57,955 bases of DNA from NCBI GenBank assembly GCA_031277295.1, contig JAITMV010000259.1:1-57955 (forward strand). Reading direction: 5' to 3'. Positions 47,599-57,757 of this stretch are shown here, in pieces. The translations under genes and the position numbers were made by a program. Under the pieces are notes generated by a model. That model was not told the DNA's origin and did no database searches. It saw only the letters and a list, made by a program, of their open reading frames with translations. Numbering within the stretch: the stretch's first letter is position 1; every line of letters begins with the position of its first letter. Origin of the DNA: Burkholderiaceae bacterium. GTDB lineage: Bacteria > Pseudomonadota > Gammaproteobacteria > Burkholderiales > Burkholderiaceae_C.

Positions 47599-47814
47599 AT
47601 GCTCAAAACACACACGCAAGCCCGCGACGAACTTCGGCGCAAAGGCGTCTCTATCACGCGGTGGGCTTTAGCCCACGGTTTCAGCCCTGGCCTTGTTTTT
47701 GAGGTGCTGTCTGGTCGCCGCAAATGTACCAGCGGCCAGTCCCATGCCATCGCGATCACTCTTGGGCTGAAGGCTGGCGAGATTGTGACCGATCCAAAGC
47801 AGGCATTGACATGA
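47599..47814 (+). CDS. Ner/Cro-like DNA-binding protein (BcepMu gp16-like)
   Basis: GVSITRWA..HG...VL.GR...G.SH.IA..LGLK. Confidence 0.85.
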   Translation: MLKTHTQARDELRRKGVSITRWALAHGFSPGLVFEVLSGRRKCTSGQSHAIAITLGLKAGEIVTDPKQALT

Positions 47815-47842
47815 ATCAGTTACCCACCACAGGAGAAGCCCC

Positions 47843-48388
47843 ATGAAAAACCGAGACTTGTTTCCCGAAACGCTGCTGGTGCAACGCCAGGGCGAGCATA
47901 TCTACACCACCAGTCTGAAGGTGGCCGAGTTTTCCAAGAAGCGCCATACAGAAGTTTTGCGCGCCATCGAAACCAAGCTGGAAGTGCTTCCGGAAGATTT
48001 TCGCCAACGCAATTTTGCGTCGGCGAACTACCTCGATAGACAGAAAAAACCACGCCAGATGTACGAAATGACCGAGGAAGGTTTCGCCCTGACCATGATG
48101 GGCTTCACCGGCCCGAAAGCAGTTCAGTGGCAGGTTGATTTCATTGAGGCGTTCATGGCCCAGCGAGCCGCCCTGATGCAGATCACCGCCCGCTACGCGC
48201 ACGCGCTGGACATGGTTCGCCCTTCGCTGCGCCCTGTAGTGGAAGGTACCGAGCGGGGTCTGCGGCGCACTGCCATCGCCGGGCCGCTAGGCAAATCTGC
48301 CAACGCCATTACCTACCACCGCCGCCAGGCACGGCACTTGGGTCTGTTGGCTTGGCCGCGCTCGCATACACAGGAAGCGGCGGCATGA
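47843..48388 (+). CDS. rha: Rha-family regulatory protein
   Basis: TTSLKVAE.F.KRH..VLR.I, GF.L..MGFTG and FIEAF motifs. Confidence 0.9.
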   Translation: MKNRDLFPETLLVQRQGEHIYTTSLKVAEFSKKRHTEVLRAIETKLEVLPEDFRQRNFASANYLDRQKKPRQMYEMTEEGFALTMMGFTGPKAVQWQVDFIEAFMAQRAALMQITARYAHALDMVRPSLRPVVEGTERGLRRTAIAGPLGKSANAITYHRRQARHLGLLAWPRSHTQEAAA

Positions 48389-48687
48389 ACACCGCCCCCG
48401 ACACCGCCGCCAGCGAAGGCGGCCTGCGGCTGCTGACGATCCTTGAAGCCCTGTGCGGCTTTGCTGCCAGCGGCGCCAGCAATAGCGAACTGGCTACCGC
48501 CGCCAAGACCAGCGCGCCCAACGTCACCCGCGCCATGCGCACCCTCATCGCCAAGGGCTGGGCGCGCAAAGGCGACGACGGGCGGTTTTATCCAACGACC
48601 CGCTTCTTGCGCTTGGCGCTGGCCGCGCTTGCGGACGTGCAGCGCGTCGAAACGCGCCTGGCCGACCTCAAGGGAGCACTTGCCTGA
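48385..48687 (+). CDS. IclR-type HTH protein
   Basis: SNSELA...NVTRAMRTL...GWA winged helix. Confidence 0.75.
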   Translation: MNTAPDTAASEGGLRLLTILEALCGFAASGASNSELATAAKTSAPNVTRAMRTLIAKGWARKGDDGRFYPTTRFLRLALAALADVQRVETRLADLKGALA

Positions 48688-48696
48688 GCGCAAGCC

Positions 48697-48957
48697 ATGC
48701 CAGAAGTCCACCCCATTCACACCGTTGCCGTATGGGCAGGCAGCTATCGGCTGCGTGTACTCATCGACGACATCGGTGCCTCTGCCGCCGAAGCCCAAGA
48801 CGAGGCCCGCGCCATTTTGCGTCAAGCCCTCGGACAGCTTATCGATACCCCTGCCGATCAATGGCACACAGCCATCGTCGCGTCAACCGAGGTCGAAGAC
48901 ATCCCATCTCGCCTGATCCATCCTTTCCAACCAACAGGAATCCACCATGAGAGATAA
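48697..48957 (+). CDS. Hypothetical protein
   Basis: Fills operon gap; overlaps next start. Confidence 0.5.
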   Translation: MPEVHPIHTVAVWAGSYRLRVLIDDIGASAAEAQDEARAILRQALGQLIDTPADQWHTAIVASTEVEDIPSRLIHPFQPTGIHHER

Positions 48958-49885
48958 AACCCCCACGCGGCCCCCCGCGCAAGTCAGCGTGGCGCCCGAG
49001 CGCGCGGCGGCTATCGACGCGGCGCAAGATCAGGCAGCCATGATCCAGGCAGCCAGCGACGAAGCGCTGACCTTGGGCGTCAACCTTGGACGAATCGAAG
49101 CACTTGACTTTATTTCGACGGTCGTAAATTCCGCCATCCTGCCAATCTACGAAAACATAAAGAAATCAAGGACTTGGCAGCATTTACGCAACCCACAGAA
49201 TTCCGACGGTCGGAATTTTTCTAGCCTTGACGAGTTTTGTCGAGTCAAGTTTGGGAAATCTTATACGCGCATTCAAGAGATCGCCGCCAACCGCCGCTTC
49301 ATTGGCGAAGAAGCCTTCGATCAAGCCGAACGCCTGGGCCTGCGCCAGATCGACTACAACGCCCTGAGAGCACTGCCGCCCCCCAAGCAGGAAATCGTGC
49401 GCGAGGCCCTTGCCGACGGCGCCAGCAAGGAAGAAGTCCAGCGCGCCCTGCGCGAGTTGGCCGCCTCCGATCAGAAAGAAATCGAATCTCTGACAAAAGA
49501 GCGTGACGAATCCAAGGCCGACCTGGACGCCAAGGACAAGGTGCTCGACGACACGCAGAAAAAACTGCGCGACCTACAAGTCCAGCTAAAAAAGAAAGTC
49601 GTCGCCGTCACCGACTGGCCCGACGCCCTGCAACCCATCACCGAACAGGTTGCTGCCGCAGGCCGCAAGATCGCCACCGGCTTAAGCGAACTGGAGACCT
49701 GCCGCATCACCCTGTTCACTGCGGCGCAAGACATCCCCGAGGCCGAGCGGCCCCAGTACGAGGCGGCGCTGGCCCACGTGGCCGAGGTGTACGAAGAGGC
49801 GCTGGCCAGAGCCGAGCGGGTGCTGCAAAAAGAGCGCATCACCTACGACAAGTCGCTGGGCGCCTACACGCCAGGCGAAGCCTGA
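48947..49885 (+). CDS. Coiled-coil protein preceding transposase (DUF3102-like)
   Basis: 312 aa with SD; position typical of B3/BcepMu-type phages. Confidence 0.7.
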   Translation: MRDKTPTRPPAQVSVAPERAAAIDAAQDQAAMIQAASDEALTLGVNLGRIEALDFISTVVNSAILPIYENIKKSRTWQHLRNPQNSDGRNFSSLDEFCRVKFGKSYTRIQEIAANRRFIGEEAFDQAERLGLRQIDYNALRALPPPKQEIVREALADGASKEEVQRALRELAASDQKEIESLTKERDESKADLDAKDKVLDDTQKKLRDLQVQLKKKVVAVTDWPDALQPITEQVAAAGRKIATGLSELETCRITLFTAAQDIPEAERPQYEAALAHVAEVYEEALARAERVLQKERITYDKSLGAYTPGEA

Positions 49886-49900
49886 CGCTGGAGCGCCAAC

Positions 49901-51727
49901 ATGGCTGCCCGACTGGCGCCCGATCTGCTGCAAGACCTGCTGTCCTTGCGCGCGCAACTCGCCGCCTGCGCGCACGGCGGCCGGGCTGGTCTGGTGCATG
50001 ACTTTGCCGCGCGCATCGGCAAGAACCCGGCCACCGTCTACACCTGGCTGCGCTCCCAGGCGGGCTACCGCACGGGCCGTAAAAAACGCGCCGACGCCGG
50101 CTCGACCGCGCTGGAGTCGGGCACGCTGCACTTCATCGCCTCGGCCAAGCGTGAGGGGGTGCGCGGCAACAACAAAGCCACCCTGCCCACCGCCGTGGCC
50201 ATGAACCTGGCGCATGGCAACGGTATCCATGTGCCGGTGTCCGAAGGGCGCGTCAACGCGCTGCTGCGCGCGCACCGCATGGATGTCAAGGCGCAGATGG
50301 CCGCGCGCAACCACATCACGCTGCGCAGCCTGCACCCCAACCACATGCACCAGATCGACCCGTCGCTGTGCCTGATTTACTACACACCCAAAGGCCAGGC
50401 CATCATGCGCGACGAGGAGTTCTACAAGAATAAGCCGGCCAGCATGGACAAGGTGCGGCTGAAGGTCTGGCGCTACGTCCGCTACGACCACGCCAGCGGC
50501 AGCATCGACGTGCGCTACTACGAAGCCGCCGGTGAAAACCAGCGCAGCCTGTTCGAGTTCCTGCTGTACACCTGGGGCCAGCAGCCCGAGCGCGTATCCC
50601 ACGGCGTACCGCGCATGCTGCTGTGGGACAAGGGCAGCGCCAACACCAGCCACGCCATCCGCAACCTGCTCGACGCCCTGGGCGTTGACCACGAAACCCA
50701 CGCCGCCGGCCACGCCTGGGGTAAGGGCGGCGTCGAGCAGGGCAACAACTTGGTCGAAACGCACTTCGAGAGCCGCCTGCGCTTCGAGCCGGTGGACAGC
50801 GTCGATCAACTCAACGCCGCCGCCGCCGCGTGGGTGCGCGACTACAACGCCAACCACATCACGCACGTCGATTGCCGCCTGGTGCGAGCCAGCGGCAATC
50901 CGATGGTTCGCGATGACCTGTGGCAGTTGATCCTGCGCTACCCCGGCGCGCTGGTGCAAATGCCGGCGCGCGACGTGTGCCAGTGGTTCATGGCTGGCCA
51001 GGAGTTGACGCGCGTGGTGCGCGACTTGCGCATCAGCTTCGCGCATCCTGAACTGGGCCGCTCCACCAGCTACGACCTGCGGGCCTGGGCCGAATTCCTG
51101 GGCAACGGCCAGAAAGTGCGCGTGACGCCGCTGCTCATGCAGCAAGGCGCGCTGCGCGTAGAGATCGACCGGTTTGGCGCCGATCCACTGCTGGTGCAGG
51201 TGCAGCCTGAAACCGAGTTCGACGCATTCGGTCGGCCAATGTCTGCGCCGGTGGCGGGCGAGGAATACAAACGCGCCCGCCTGACCGCCAGCGAGCGCGC
51301 CGCCAACGCACTGGCCGCCGCCGCCTGGGGCGACGGCACCACAGTCGACGGCGCCGAACAGCGGCGCGCGCAGCAGGCGCGACCCTTTGGCCACTTGAAC
51401 GGCGGCAAGGGCATCGTCGCGCACAGCCACCTTGGCAAGACCGACCTGCCTCAACGTCTGACGCCTCGGGCCGAGGAAGTACGGACGCCGCAGGTACGGC
51501 AGATGCAAAGCCAAGCCCCCGCCGTGCAGGTGATGCTGACCATCCCCGAAGCCGTGCGCCGCATCCGCGACCGGTTGGCCGATGCCGCGCCGCCCGACCT
51601 GTACAGCCAGGTCAAGGCCACGCACCCCAGCGGCCACGTGCCCCAGGACTGGGCCGATACGTGGAACGCCGACACCCCAGCCACCGGAACGCATGGGCGC
51701 GTGGTTGAACTGAGAAGGATCAAGTGA
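49901..51727 (+). CDS. DDE transposase A (B3-type)
   Basis: RKKRADAG, QIDPS, WDKGSAN and KGGVE catalytic D-D-E motifs. Confidence 0.92.
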   Translation: MAARLAPDLLQDLLSLRAQLAACAHGGRAGLVHDFAARIGKNPATVYTWLRSQAGYRTGRKKRADAGSTALESGTLHFIASAKREGVRGNNKATLPTAVAMNLAHGNGIHVPVSEGRVNALLRAHRMDVKAQMAARNHITLRSLHPNHMHQIDPSLCLIYYTPKGQAIMRDEEFYKNKPASMDKVRLKVWRYVRYDHASGSIDVRYYEAAGENQRSLFEFLLYTWGQQPERVSHGVPRMLLWDKGSANTSHAIRNLLDALGVDHETHAAGHAWGKGGVEQGNNLVETHFESRLRFEPVDSVDQLNAAAAAWVRDYNANHITHVDCRLVRASGNPMVRDDLWQLILRYPGALVQMPARDVCQWFMAGQELTRVVRDLRISFAHPELGRSTSYDLRAWAEFLGNGQKVRVTPLLMQQGALRVEIDRFGADPLLVQVQPETEFDAFGRPMSAPVAGEEYKRARLTASERAANALAAAAWGDGTTVDGAEQRRAQQARPFGHLNGGKGIVAHSHLGKTDLPQRLTPRAEEVRTPQVRQMQSQAPAVQVMLTIPEAVRRIRDRLADAAPPDLYSQVKATHPSGHVPQDWADTWNADTPATGTHGRVVELRRIK

Positions 51728-52962
51728 TGAGCGCCGCCACGCCCCTGAAGCAACTGATAGGCGCGCTGCGAGTCAAGCAGGCGCGACTGGCGCGCGAGTG
51801 CGGCATCTCGCCCGGCACGCTGGCCGACCTCGTGAACCACGGCAAGTGGCCCAGCCGTGATCCGCGCGCACTGCGCGATGCACTGGCCCGCGCGCTACGC
51901 GCACTCGGCGCCAGCGCCGCGCAAATCAACCGGGCGCTACCAGCGCCCATGAAGCAAAACGCCCGGCGTTGCACCGCCGGGCGTTCCGCCGCCGCGCCCG
52001 CGTCAACGGGTGCGACCCCTTCCGTAGAGACCGAGAAAGAGACCGATATGTTATTGCAAAAGCAGACCCTCGCGCAGGACACGCGCCAGCACTTCGGCCT
52101 GGCCGCCGATCCGTTTCGCGCCGACGTGACGCAGGCAAGCGATGTCTTTGTCAGCAAAGACATCCGTTACGTGCGCGAAACCCTGTGGCAACACGCCCGG
52201 CACGGCGGCCAGATGCTGGCCATCGTCGGCGAATCAGGCAGCGGCAAAAGCACGTTGGTCGCCGACTTCAAGGACCGGCTGGCCCGCGAAGGGCGCGACG
52301 TGCTGGTCATCGAGCCATCTGTCTTATACATGGAAGAAAGCGACACCAAGGGCAAAACCTTGAAGAGCGCCGCCATCGTGCAGGCGATCCTCGCCACCGT
52401 CGCGCTATCCGAAGCGCCCAAGCGCGACGCCGAAACGCGCGCGCGCCAGGTGCAAAAAATCCTGACCGCCGGACACCGTGCCGGCCAGCGCTACGTACTC
52501 CTCATAGAGGAAGCGCACTGCCTACCGACCGCGACCCTGAAGCACCTCAAACGCTTCGCGGAATTGCGCGACGGCCTGGCGTTCCTGCTGGCCATCGTAC
52601 TGGTGGCACAGCCCGAACTGCGCCAGCGCCTGTCGGTCGCCAATGCCGAGGTGCGCGAAGTCGCGCAGCGCGTTGAGCTTGTCGATCTGCCGCCGCTGGG
52701 CCGCAACCTCGACGAATACATCCAGTTCAAGCTGGCCCGCGTCGGCGCCGACGCGGCCAAGGTCATCACCAAGGACGGCATCGACGCCCTGCGCGAGCGC
52801 CTGAGCTTCTCCCGCCGCACCGGCAAGAGCGCCAGCGTCACCGATCACGTCAGCCTGGCCTACCCGCTGGCTGTGGCCAACGCCTTGACCGCCGCCATGA
52901 ACCTGGCCGCCAGCCTCGGCGCGCCGGTGGTCGATGCGGACATCGTGAGGGAGGCGCAGTGA
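51727..52962 (+). CDS. Transposition ATPase B (ExeA-like AAA) with N-terminal HTH
   Basis: Walker A GESGSGKS, Walker B LIEEAH, AQPEL; XRE-like N-terminus. Confidence 0.92.
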   Translation: MSAATPLKQLIGALRVKQARLARECGISPGTLADLVNHGKWPSRDPRALRDALARALRALGASAAQINRALPAPMKQNARRCTAGRSAAAPASTGATPSVETEKETDMLLQKQTLAQDTRQHFGLAADPFRADVTQASDVFVSKDIRYVRETLWQHARHGGQMLAIVGESGSGKSTLVADFKDRLAREGRDVLVIEPSVLYMEESDTKGKTLKSAAIVQAILATVALSEAPKRDAETRARQVQKILTAGHRAGQRYVLLIEEAHCLPTATLKHLKRFAELRDGLAFLLAIVLVAQPELRQRLSVANAEVREVAQRVELVDLPPLGRNLDEYIQFKLARVGADAAKVITKDGIDALRERLSFSRRTGKSASVTDHVSLAYPLAVANALTAAMNLAASLGAPVVDADIVREAQ

Positions 52963-53216
52963 TGGCCAGCAAGCTACACCTCGCCATCAATGCGATCAAC
53001 GAAGCCGCCGTGCATGCGAAGGATGCCAGCGTGTTCGTGGCGGCCGCCGCCAATTTCGTCGCCGCCAACCGTCCGGCCGATCTTGACAAAGCCTGGCCGT
53101 TCCTGGACGCCGCCGCACGTTATTCGGAGGCCGCAGACAAGCAGATACATCACGCGCGCCAACTGGCCTACGAGTTTTTGCGGCCGGATGCCGCAGCGTC
53201 GAGCGGGAGGCGCTGA
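52959..53216 (+). CDS. Hypothetical protein
   Basis: Coupled start with SD GGAGG. Confidence 0.6.
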   Translation: MMASKLHLAINAINEAAVHAKDASVFVAAAANFVAANRPADLDKAWPFLDAAARYSEAADKQIHHARQLAYEFLRPDAAASSGRR

Positions 53217-53217
53217 C

Positions 53218-53406
53218 ATGGACGCCACTACCTACCTTCTGATCGGCGTCATGGTCGGCTCGCTTGCAGTTGGCGCATGGCTCGACAACCAACCTACTGA
53301 CACCGACGCCCTGCGCGCCGGCGCCGCCAGTCTGTGTGATGCGCAAGCCGAGGCGCTGCGCCAGCGGCGCCGTGAGCGCGCCGAAGCCGCGATGAGGGGG
53401 ATGTGA
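53218..53406 (+). CDS. Small membrane hypothetical protein
   Basis: SD GGAGG; N-terminal TM helix. Confidence 0.55.
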   Translation: MDATTYLLIGVMVGSLAVGAWLDNQPTDTDALRAGAASLCDAQAEALRQRRRERAEAAMRGM

Positions 53407-53849
53407 TGCAACCCCAACCACTCAACTCAGTGCAGCGCGCGGTGCTCGACTGGCTGCGCAAGTACGGCCCGGCCACCGCCGGGGAATTGCGCGAAGAAGC
53501 GGCCAACAGCCAATCGTCCGTATGGGTCGTGGTCAGTCAGGGTAACGACCGCTGGGCCGAGGACTGCCTCTATGAACTGTATGTCGCGGGGCACCTGGTC
53601 CGCGAACGAATCGTGGGCGACATGGTCTATGGGGTCGCGGTATCCGATACGCCGACGCCGGTTGTCGTCGGACTAGCCATGCCGCGCACCTATGACGTGA
53701 TGCGCGCCCCGCCGCTGACGCGCGACCCTGGCACGCCGGTGCGCGCTGGCGCAATGGACTATGCCAAACACCCCAGCCTCATCAGCGGGCGGCGCGTGCC
53801 ATGCCGAGCCGCAGGCCAGACCACCAACCAACAGGAGCAGACATCATGA
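53403..53849 (+). CDS. Hypothetical winged-helix-like protein
   Basis: VLDWLRKYGPAT..EL; C-terminal RAGAMDY...PS motif. Confidence 0.6.
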   Translation: MMQPQPLNSVQRAVLDWLRKYGPATAGELREEAANSQSSVWVVVSQGNDRWAEDCLYELYVAGHLVRERIVGDMVYGVAVSDTPTPVVVGLAMPRTYDVMRAPPLTRDPGTPVRAGAMDYAKHPSLISGRRVPCRAAGQTTNQQEQTS

Positions 53850-54409
53850 CAACTCAAGCCGACATCCAAAAACGCGCTGAAACCCTCTCACAGACCCGCG
53901 ACGCGCTCGCCGACCTGCTGCGCACACTGCACGCGGAAATCGAGACCGTGAAGCTTGGCAGCCTGCCGGAAATCCGCCGCTCGGCACGCAAGGTGGCCGA
54001 GGATCACAACAAGCTCAAGACGCTGATCGAAGCCAATCCGGAGCTATTCGAGCGCCCGCGTACCCACGTTGTGGCCGGTCTCAAGTACGGCCTACAAAAG
54101 CAGCGCGGCAAGATGGATTGGGACAGCGACGAGCAGCTTTGCGCGCGCATTCGCCGTCTGGCCGCTGTCGGCGTCGTGAACGGCGGCATCACCTACGAGC
54201 AGGCCGATCTGCTCATCGTCACCACCGAGCGCCCCGTCGCCAAGGCGCTCGAAAAGCTCGACGGCAAGCTGCTCAAGCGCCTGGGCGTGACCGTGGCCGC
54301 CGACACCGACGAGGTGCTCATCAAGAGCGTGGACTCCGAGGTGGAGAAGGCCGTCAACGCCGTCATCAAGGATGTGACAAAGGACGAAAACGCGGAGGTG
54401 ACGGTATGA
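53846..54409 (+). CDS. Gam-like host-nuclease inhibitor
   Basis: LFERPRT..V.G.K.G..K..G and LKRLGV motifs; SD CAGGAG. Confidence 0.7.
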   Translation: MTTQADIQKRAETLSQTRDALADLLRTLHAEIETVKLGSLPEIRRSARKVAEDHNKLKTLIEANPELFERPRTHVVAGLKYGLQKQRGKMDWDSDEQLCARIRRLAAVGVVNGGITYEQADLLIVTTERPVAKALEKLDGKLLKRLGVTVAADTDEVLIKSVDSEVEKAVNAVIKDVTKDENAEVTV

Positions 54410-54663
54410 CCATCTACCGACTTCTTGACCGCGCGCCTGGATACCGGCCAAGACCGGACAGCGTGGCCGGTCGCGTGATTGACTTCTTTCACAGCAATCC
54501 GGACGAAGAACTGTCTACCGCCGACATTGCCGTCAAATTTGACACGCATGTCCAGAATGTCACCGGCAAGCTGATCGGCGCGGTCGATGCGGGAGTGATT
54601 GTCAAAAAAGCAGGTGAAAAAGGCCGTGTAATTTACGCGCTTGCGCACGGGGAGGCCTCATGA
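54406..54663 (+). CDS. Hypothetical winged-helix protein
   Basis: FF..NPDEELS..DIAVKF; coupled overlaps. Confidence 0.65.
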   Translation: MTIYRLLDRAPGYRPRPDSVAGRVIDFFHSNPDEELSTADIAVKFDTHVQNVTGKLIGAVDAGVIVKKAGEKGRVIYALAHGEAS

Positions 54664-55340
54664 ATCGCGACGCCGCCATTGCCAAAATCAAGAAGTGCCT
54701 GGCCCTTGGCCGCAGCGCCGAAGCGCACGAAGCTGCGGCGGCGATCAGGCAAGCCCAGAAGCTCATGTCTATGTTTGGCGTGCGCGAAAGCGACGTCAGC
54801 CTGTCCGATGTGCGAGAAGTCAAGGTGCGCGCCAGCAGTACAGCTGCGAATGCGTGGGACGTAATGCTGTCCAACGTTTGTGCCGACTGCTTTTGTTGCG
54901 AGACATACGGACGGCTGACAGCGGCCTACAACGAAGCGGGCAATTTCATCCGCACGCGGTATTTCGTCTTCGTCGGCCTGGATTCCGCCGCTGACGTGGC
55001 GGCCTACTGCTACGAAGTTCTTTTGCGCCAGGCCGCCAGGCAACGCCTGGATCACATCCGCAAGCAGCCTCGCAATTGCAAGCCGATCACAAAAACGGCG
55101 CGTGGAGACGCCTTTGCACGTGGATGGGTGTCTGGCGTGCGCGGACTGGTGGAGAGATTCGCGCAGCCGGCACGCGACCGGCAATTGCTAATCGACTACA
55201 TGGCGGCGACCCATCCAGACATGGAATCCGAGAGCGTGCGCGACTCCACCCGCAAACGCAAACCGGACGGGTCAGCGGGCCGATCTGTATCGCGGCGTCG
55301 CTGGGGTGGCCGCCCGTCCATTGCTCGGGGGCTGATATGA
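54660..55340 (+). CDS. DUF2786-domain protein
   Basis: KIKKCLALG.S..AHEAAAA.RQAQKLM motif. Confidence 0.8.
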   Translation: MNRDAAIAKIKKCLALGRSAEAHEAAAAIRQAQKLMSMFGVRESDVSLSDVREVKVRASSTAANAWDVMLSNVCADCFCCETYGRLTAAYNEAGNFIRTRYFVFVGLDSAADVAAYCYEVLLRQAARQRLDHIRKQPRNCKPITKTARGDAFARGWVSGVRGLVERFAQPARDRQLLIDYMAATHPDMESESVRDSTRKRKPDGSAGRSVSRRRWGGRPSIARGLI

Positions 55341-55576
55341 CCAACGCAGACAAATTTGCATTGCGCAAGTTCCAGCGTGGCTACCGATCACCGTCGGCGC
55401 GCGACGGCTGCCGCAACTGTGTCCATCGCAGTGCCGAGGAAATCCATTTCGATGGGTCGCCGAACAGGTGGGCTTATGAGTGCAACTCCGGCAAGTTTTT
55501 TGTCAGCTTCGGCGGCATCTGCAACCACTTCCGCGCCAGCAACTCGGCGCAAAAAGGAGACAGCCATGTTTCGTAA
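55337..55576 (+). CDS. Small Cys-rich hypothetical protein
   Basis: CRNCVH...C...CNHF; coupled start. Confidence 0.6.
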   Translation: MTNADKFALRKFQRGYRSPSARDGCRNCVHRSAEEIHFDGSPNRWAYECNSGKFFVSFGGICNHFRASNSAQKGDSHVS

Positions 55577-56468
55577 CGCCATTCTTTACCGCATCGGCGC
55601 GGGCCGACCCGGCAGCGCCGAGCAACTTGCGCAACTGCTTGAGCGCGACAAATTCCGGCCATGCGGCCCGTCGCAGGCCAAGAGCAGCGGCTGGACACCG
55701 CCGCGTGGTCACGCGCATGGCGCACTGATCGAGAGCATCAACGGGCAATGGATCGGACGCTTCGTGGTCGAGACCAAGAACGTGCCGGGGGTCGAGGTCA
55801 GCCGCAAAGCGCAGGAGAGCGCCGACCAGATTGAAAAGACCACCGGCCGTAAGCCCGGAAAGAAAGAAGCGCGAGAGCTGCGCGACGACGCGCTGCTGGC
55901 GCTGCTGCCGCGCGCATTCCCGCGCCAGACAGCCATATGGATGTGGATCGACCCCAAGGACGGCCTTCTGGTACTGGACGCTACAAACCAGCGCAAGGCA
56001 GACGACGCGATCTCCAGTCTGGCGCGCGTGCTCGGCCAGGGGCTGCAAATCGGCCTGGTGCAAACCAGGCACGCGCCAGCGGCGTGCATGGCTGAGTGGT
56101 TATCCGACGGTGGCGACGGCCAGATCGAAGGTATCGATATTGGGCGAGCGTGCGAGTTGAAAGCCGCAGGCGATGCACCAGCTCGCGTGCGGCTGGATCA
56201 CCATGACCTGTGCACCGAAGAGGTACGTCAGCATATCCGCGATGGAAAGTGGCCGACAACGCTGGGAATCGAGTGGCGCGGCTACGTCAGCCTGGTGCTG
56301 ACGCATCAGTTGCATTTGCGGCGCATCCGCTTGATGGATGGCGCGTTCGACGCGGTTGGCACATCGACAGATAACGACTCATTCGACGTCGACGTGACGG
56401 CTATCGCCGGCACACTGCGCTTGTTGATTGACGATCTCGTTGGTGCTATGGGCGGGGAGAGCGCGTGA
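55566..56468 (+). CDS. rdgC: Recombination-associated protein RdgC (phage-borne)
   Basis: MFRNAILYRI, SSGWTPP, GRKPGKKE, LLPRAF and L...MGGE motifs. Confidence 0.9.
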   Translation: MFRNAILYRIGAGRPGSAEQLAQLLERDKFRPCGPSQAKSSGWTPPRGHAHGALIESINGQWIGRFVVETKNVPGVEVSRKAQESADQIEKTTGRKPGKKEARELRDDALLALLPRAFPRQTAIWMWIDPKDGLLVLDATNQRKADDAISSLARVLGQGLQIGLVQTRHAPAACMAEWLSDGGDGQIEGIDIGRACELKAAGDAPARVRLDHHDLCTEEVRQHIRDGKWPTTLGIEWRGYVSLVLTHQLHLRRIRLMDGAFDAVGTSTDNDSFDVDVTAIAGTLRLLIDDLVGAMGGESA

Positions 56469-56863
56469 TGCCGATCAGACCCGAAAACCTGCACCGCTAC
56501 CCAGCCGCCTGGCCGGACATCAGACAGCGCATCCTTGAGCGCGCGGGCTATCGCTGCGAGCATCCGGGATGTGGCGCGCGGCATCTGGAGCTTGGCTACT
56601 GGGCCGATGCGCAATGGATCCCGCTGCCTCTGTGGATGCGCCAGGAATGCGGCGTGTATCGGCCGTGTTCCGTGGGCGGTGTCAAGATCATCGAAATCGT
56701 CTTGACCATCGCGCACCTGGATCACACGCCAGAAAACTGCGCTGACGACAACCTGCGCGCCATGTGCCAGCGCCATCACCTGGAATACGACGCCGCCCAC
56801 CACGCCGTCACCAGGGCGCGCACGCGCCACGCCAACGCGGACACGATGGAGATGTTCCCATGA
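56468..56863 (+). CDS. HNH-like endonuclease
   Basis: MPIRPEN..RYP, CE...C and LTIAHLDH.PENC...NL...CQRHH motifs. Confidence 0.8.
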   Translation: MPIRPENLHRYPAAWPDIRQRILERAGYRCEHPGCGARHLELGYWADAQWIPLPLWMRQECGVYRPCSVGGVKIIEIVLTIAHLDHTPENCADDNLRAMCQRHHLEYDAAHHAVTRARTRHANADTMEMFP

Positions 56864-57309
56864 CCGCGCTTGCTCCAATGCGGCGCGGCGGCGACCGCGA
56901 CATCGCCGTTATCCATGTGCTTAAGTCCAAGCTGCGACTGGCTGACGACGACTATCGCGTACTGCTCAAGGCCCTGGTCGCAAAGACCAGCAGCAAGGAC
57001 TGCACACCGGCCGAGCGCGCCCGTGTGCGTCAGCACATGCAAAAGCTCGCCGACCGCGCCGGATTGACCGCGCCGCGCACCGACCAGCGCACTCAGTACG
57101 TGCAATCAACCCGCCCGCTAGAGCGCAAGGTGTGGGCGCTGTGGAACGCACTGGGTCGCGCCGGCAAGCTTGATAACCCGTCTGCCGCAGCCCTGCAAGC
57201 CTGGGTCGCGCGCCAGACCGGAATGGATCACGTTAGGTTTTGCAACGACTGCCAGCTTCATGGGCTGATTGAGTCGCTGAAGCTTTGGCAGGGACGAGTC
57301 AACACTTGA
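56860..57309 (+). CDS. gemA: GemA (Mu gp16 / DUF1018) regulatory protein
   Basis: IHV.K..L.L.DDDYR, RKVWALW and LIESLK.W motifs. Confidence 0.88.
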   Translation: MTALAPMRRGGDRDIAVIHVLKSKLRLADDDYRVLLKALVAKTSSKDCTPAERARVRQHMQKLADRAGLTAPRTDQRTQYVQSTRPLERKVWALWNALGRAGKLDNPSAAALQAWVARQTGMDHVRFCNDCQLHGLIESLKLWQGRVNT

Positions 57310-57321
57310 TACGAGGCGGCA

Positions 57322-57711
57322 ATGGCAGACATCCCGTTGATCTCCCATATGTCGGCAAAGCGCGCCGAGATGCTCGACGACGTCGCCAGCCTGGTACAGC
57401 GCCTCTTGAAGGATCACGGAATCTCGCAGCCAGAAGCCGAGAGCATCGGCAACGCCACCGCCGACCACCTGGCCGACTACTGGGGTGGCCAGAATTTCAC
57501 CTTCCCACGCGACTACCAACGTAAACTGGGTATGCGCGACCTTGCGATCTACGACAAGTGGTGCCACGGGAAAACATTTGACATTCTTGCGCGCGAGCAC
57601 GACATGTCCGAGCGCGGCATCAGAAAACTGATCTCCCGCGTCCGCGACCGCCTCAAAAAACAGCGCCAGCGCCAACAACCCGACCTGCTCGATTTCGCCC
57701 CCAAAACGTAG
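57322..57711 (+). CDS. mor: Mor/C-family transcription activator
   Basis: WGGQNFTFP, RDLAIY and LAREHDMSER.IR motifs. Confidence 0.9.
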   Translation: MADIPLISHMSAKRAEMLDDVASLVQRLLKDHGISQPEAESIGNATADHLADYWGGQNFTFPRDYQRKLGMRDLAIYDKWCHGKTFDILAREHDMSERGIRKLISRVRDRLKKQRQRQQPDLLDFAPKT

Positions 57712-57757
57712 CCGCCAACACGTTACCAATACCGCAACGCCGTTGCAAAACTCACCC

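Noticed and set aside
49682-51694. 670-aa minus-strand ORF
   Set aside because: Antisense shadow of the transposase.
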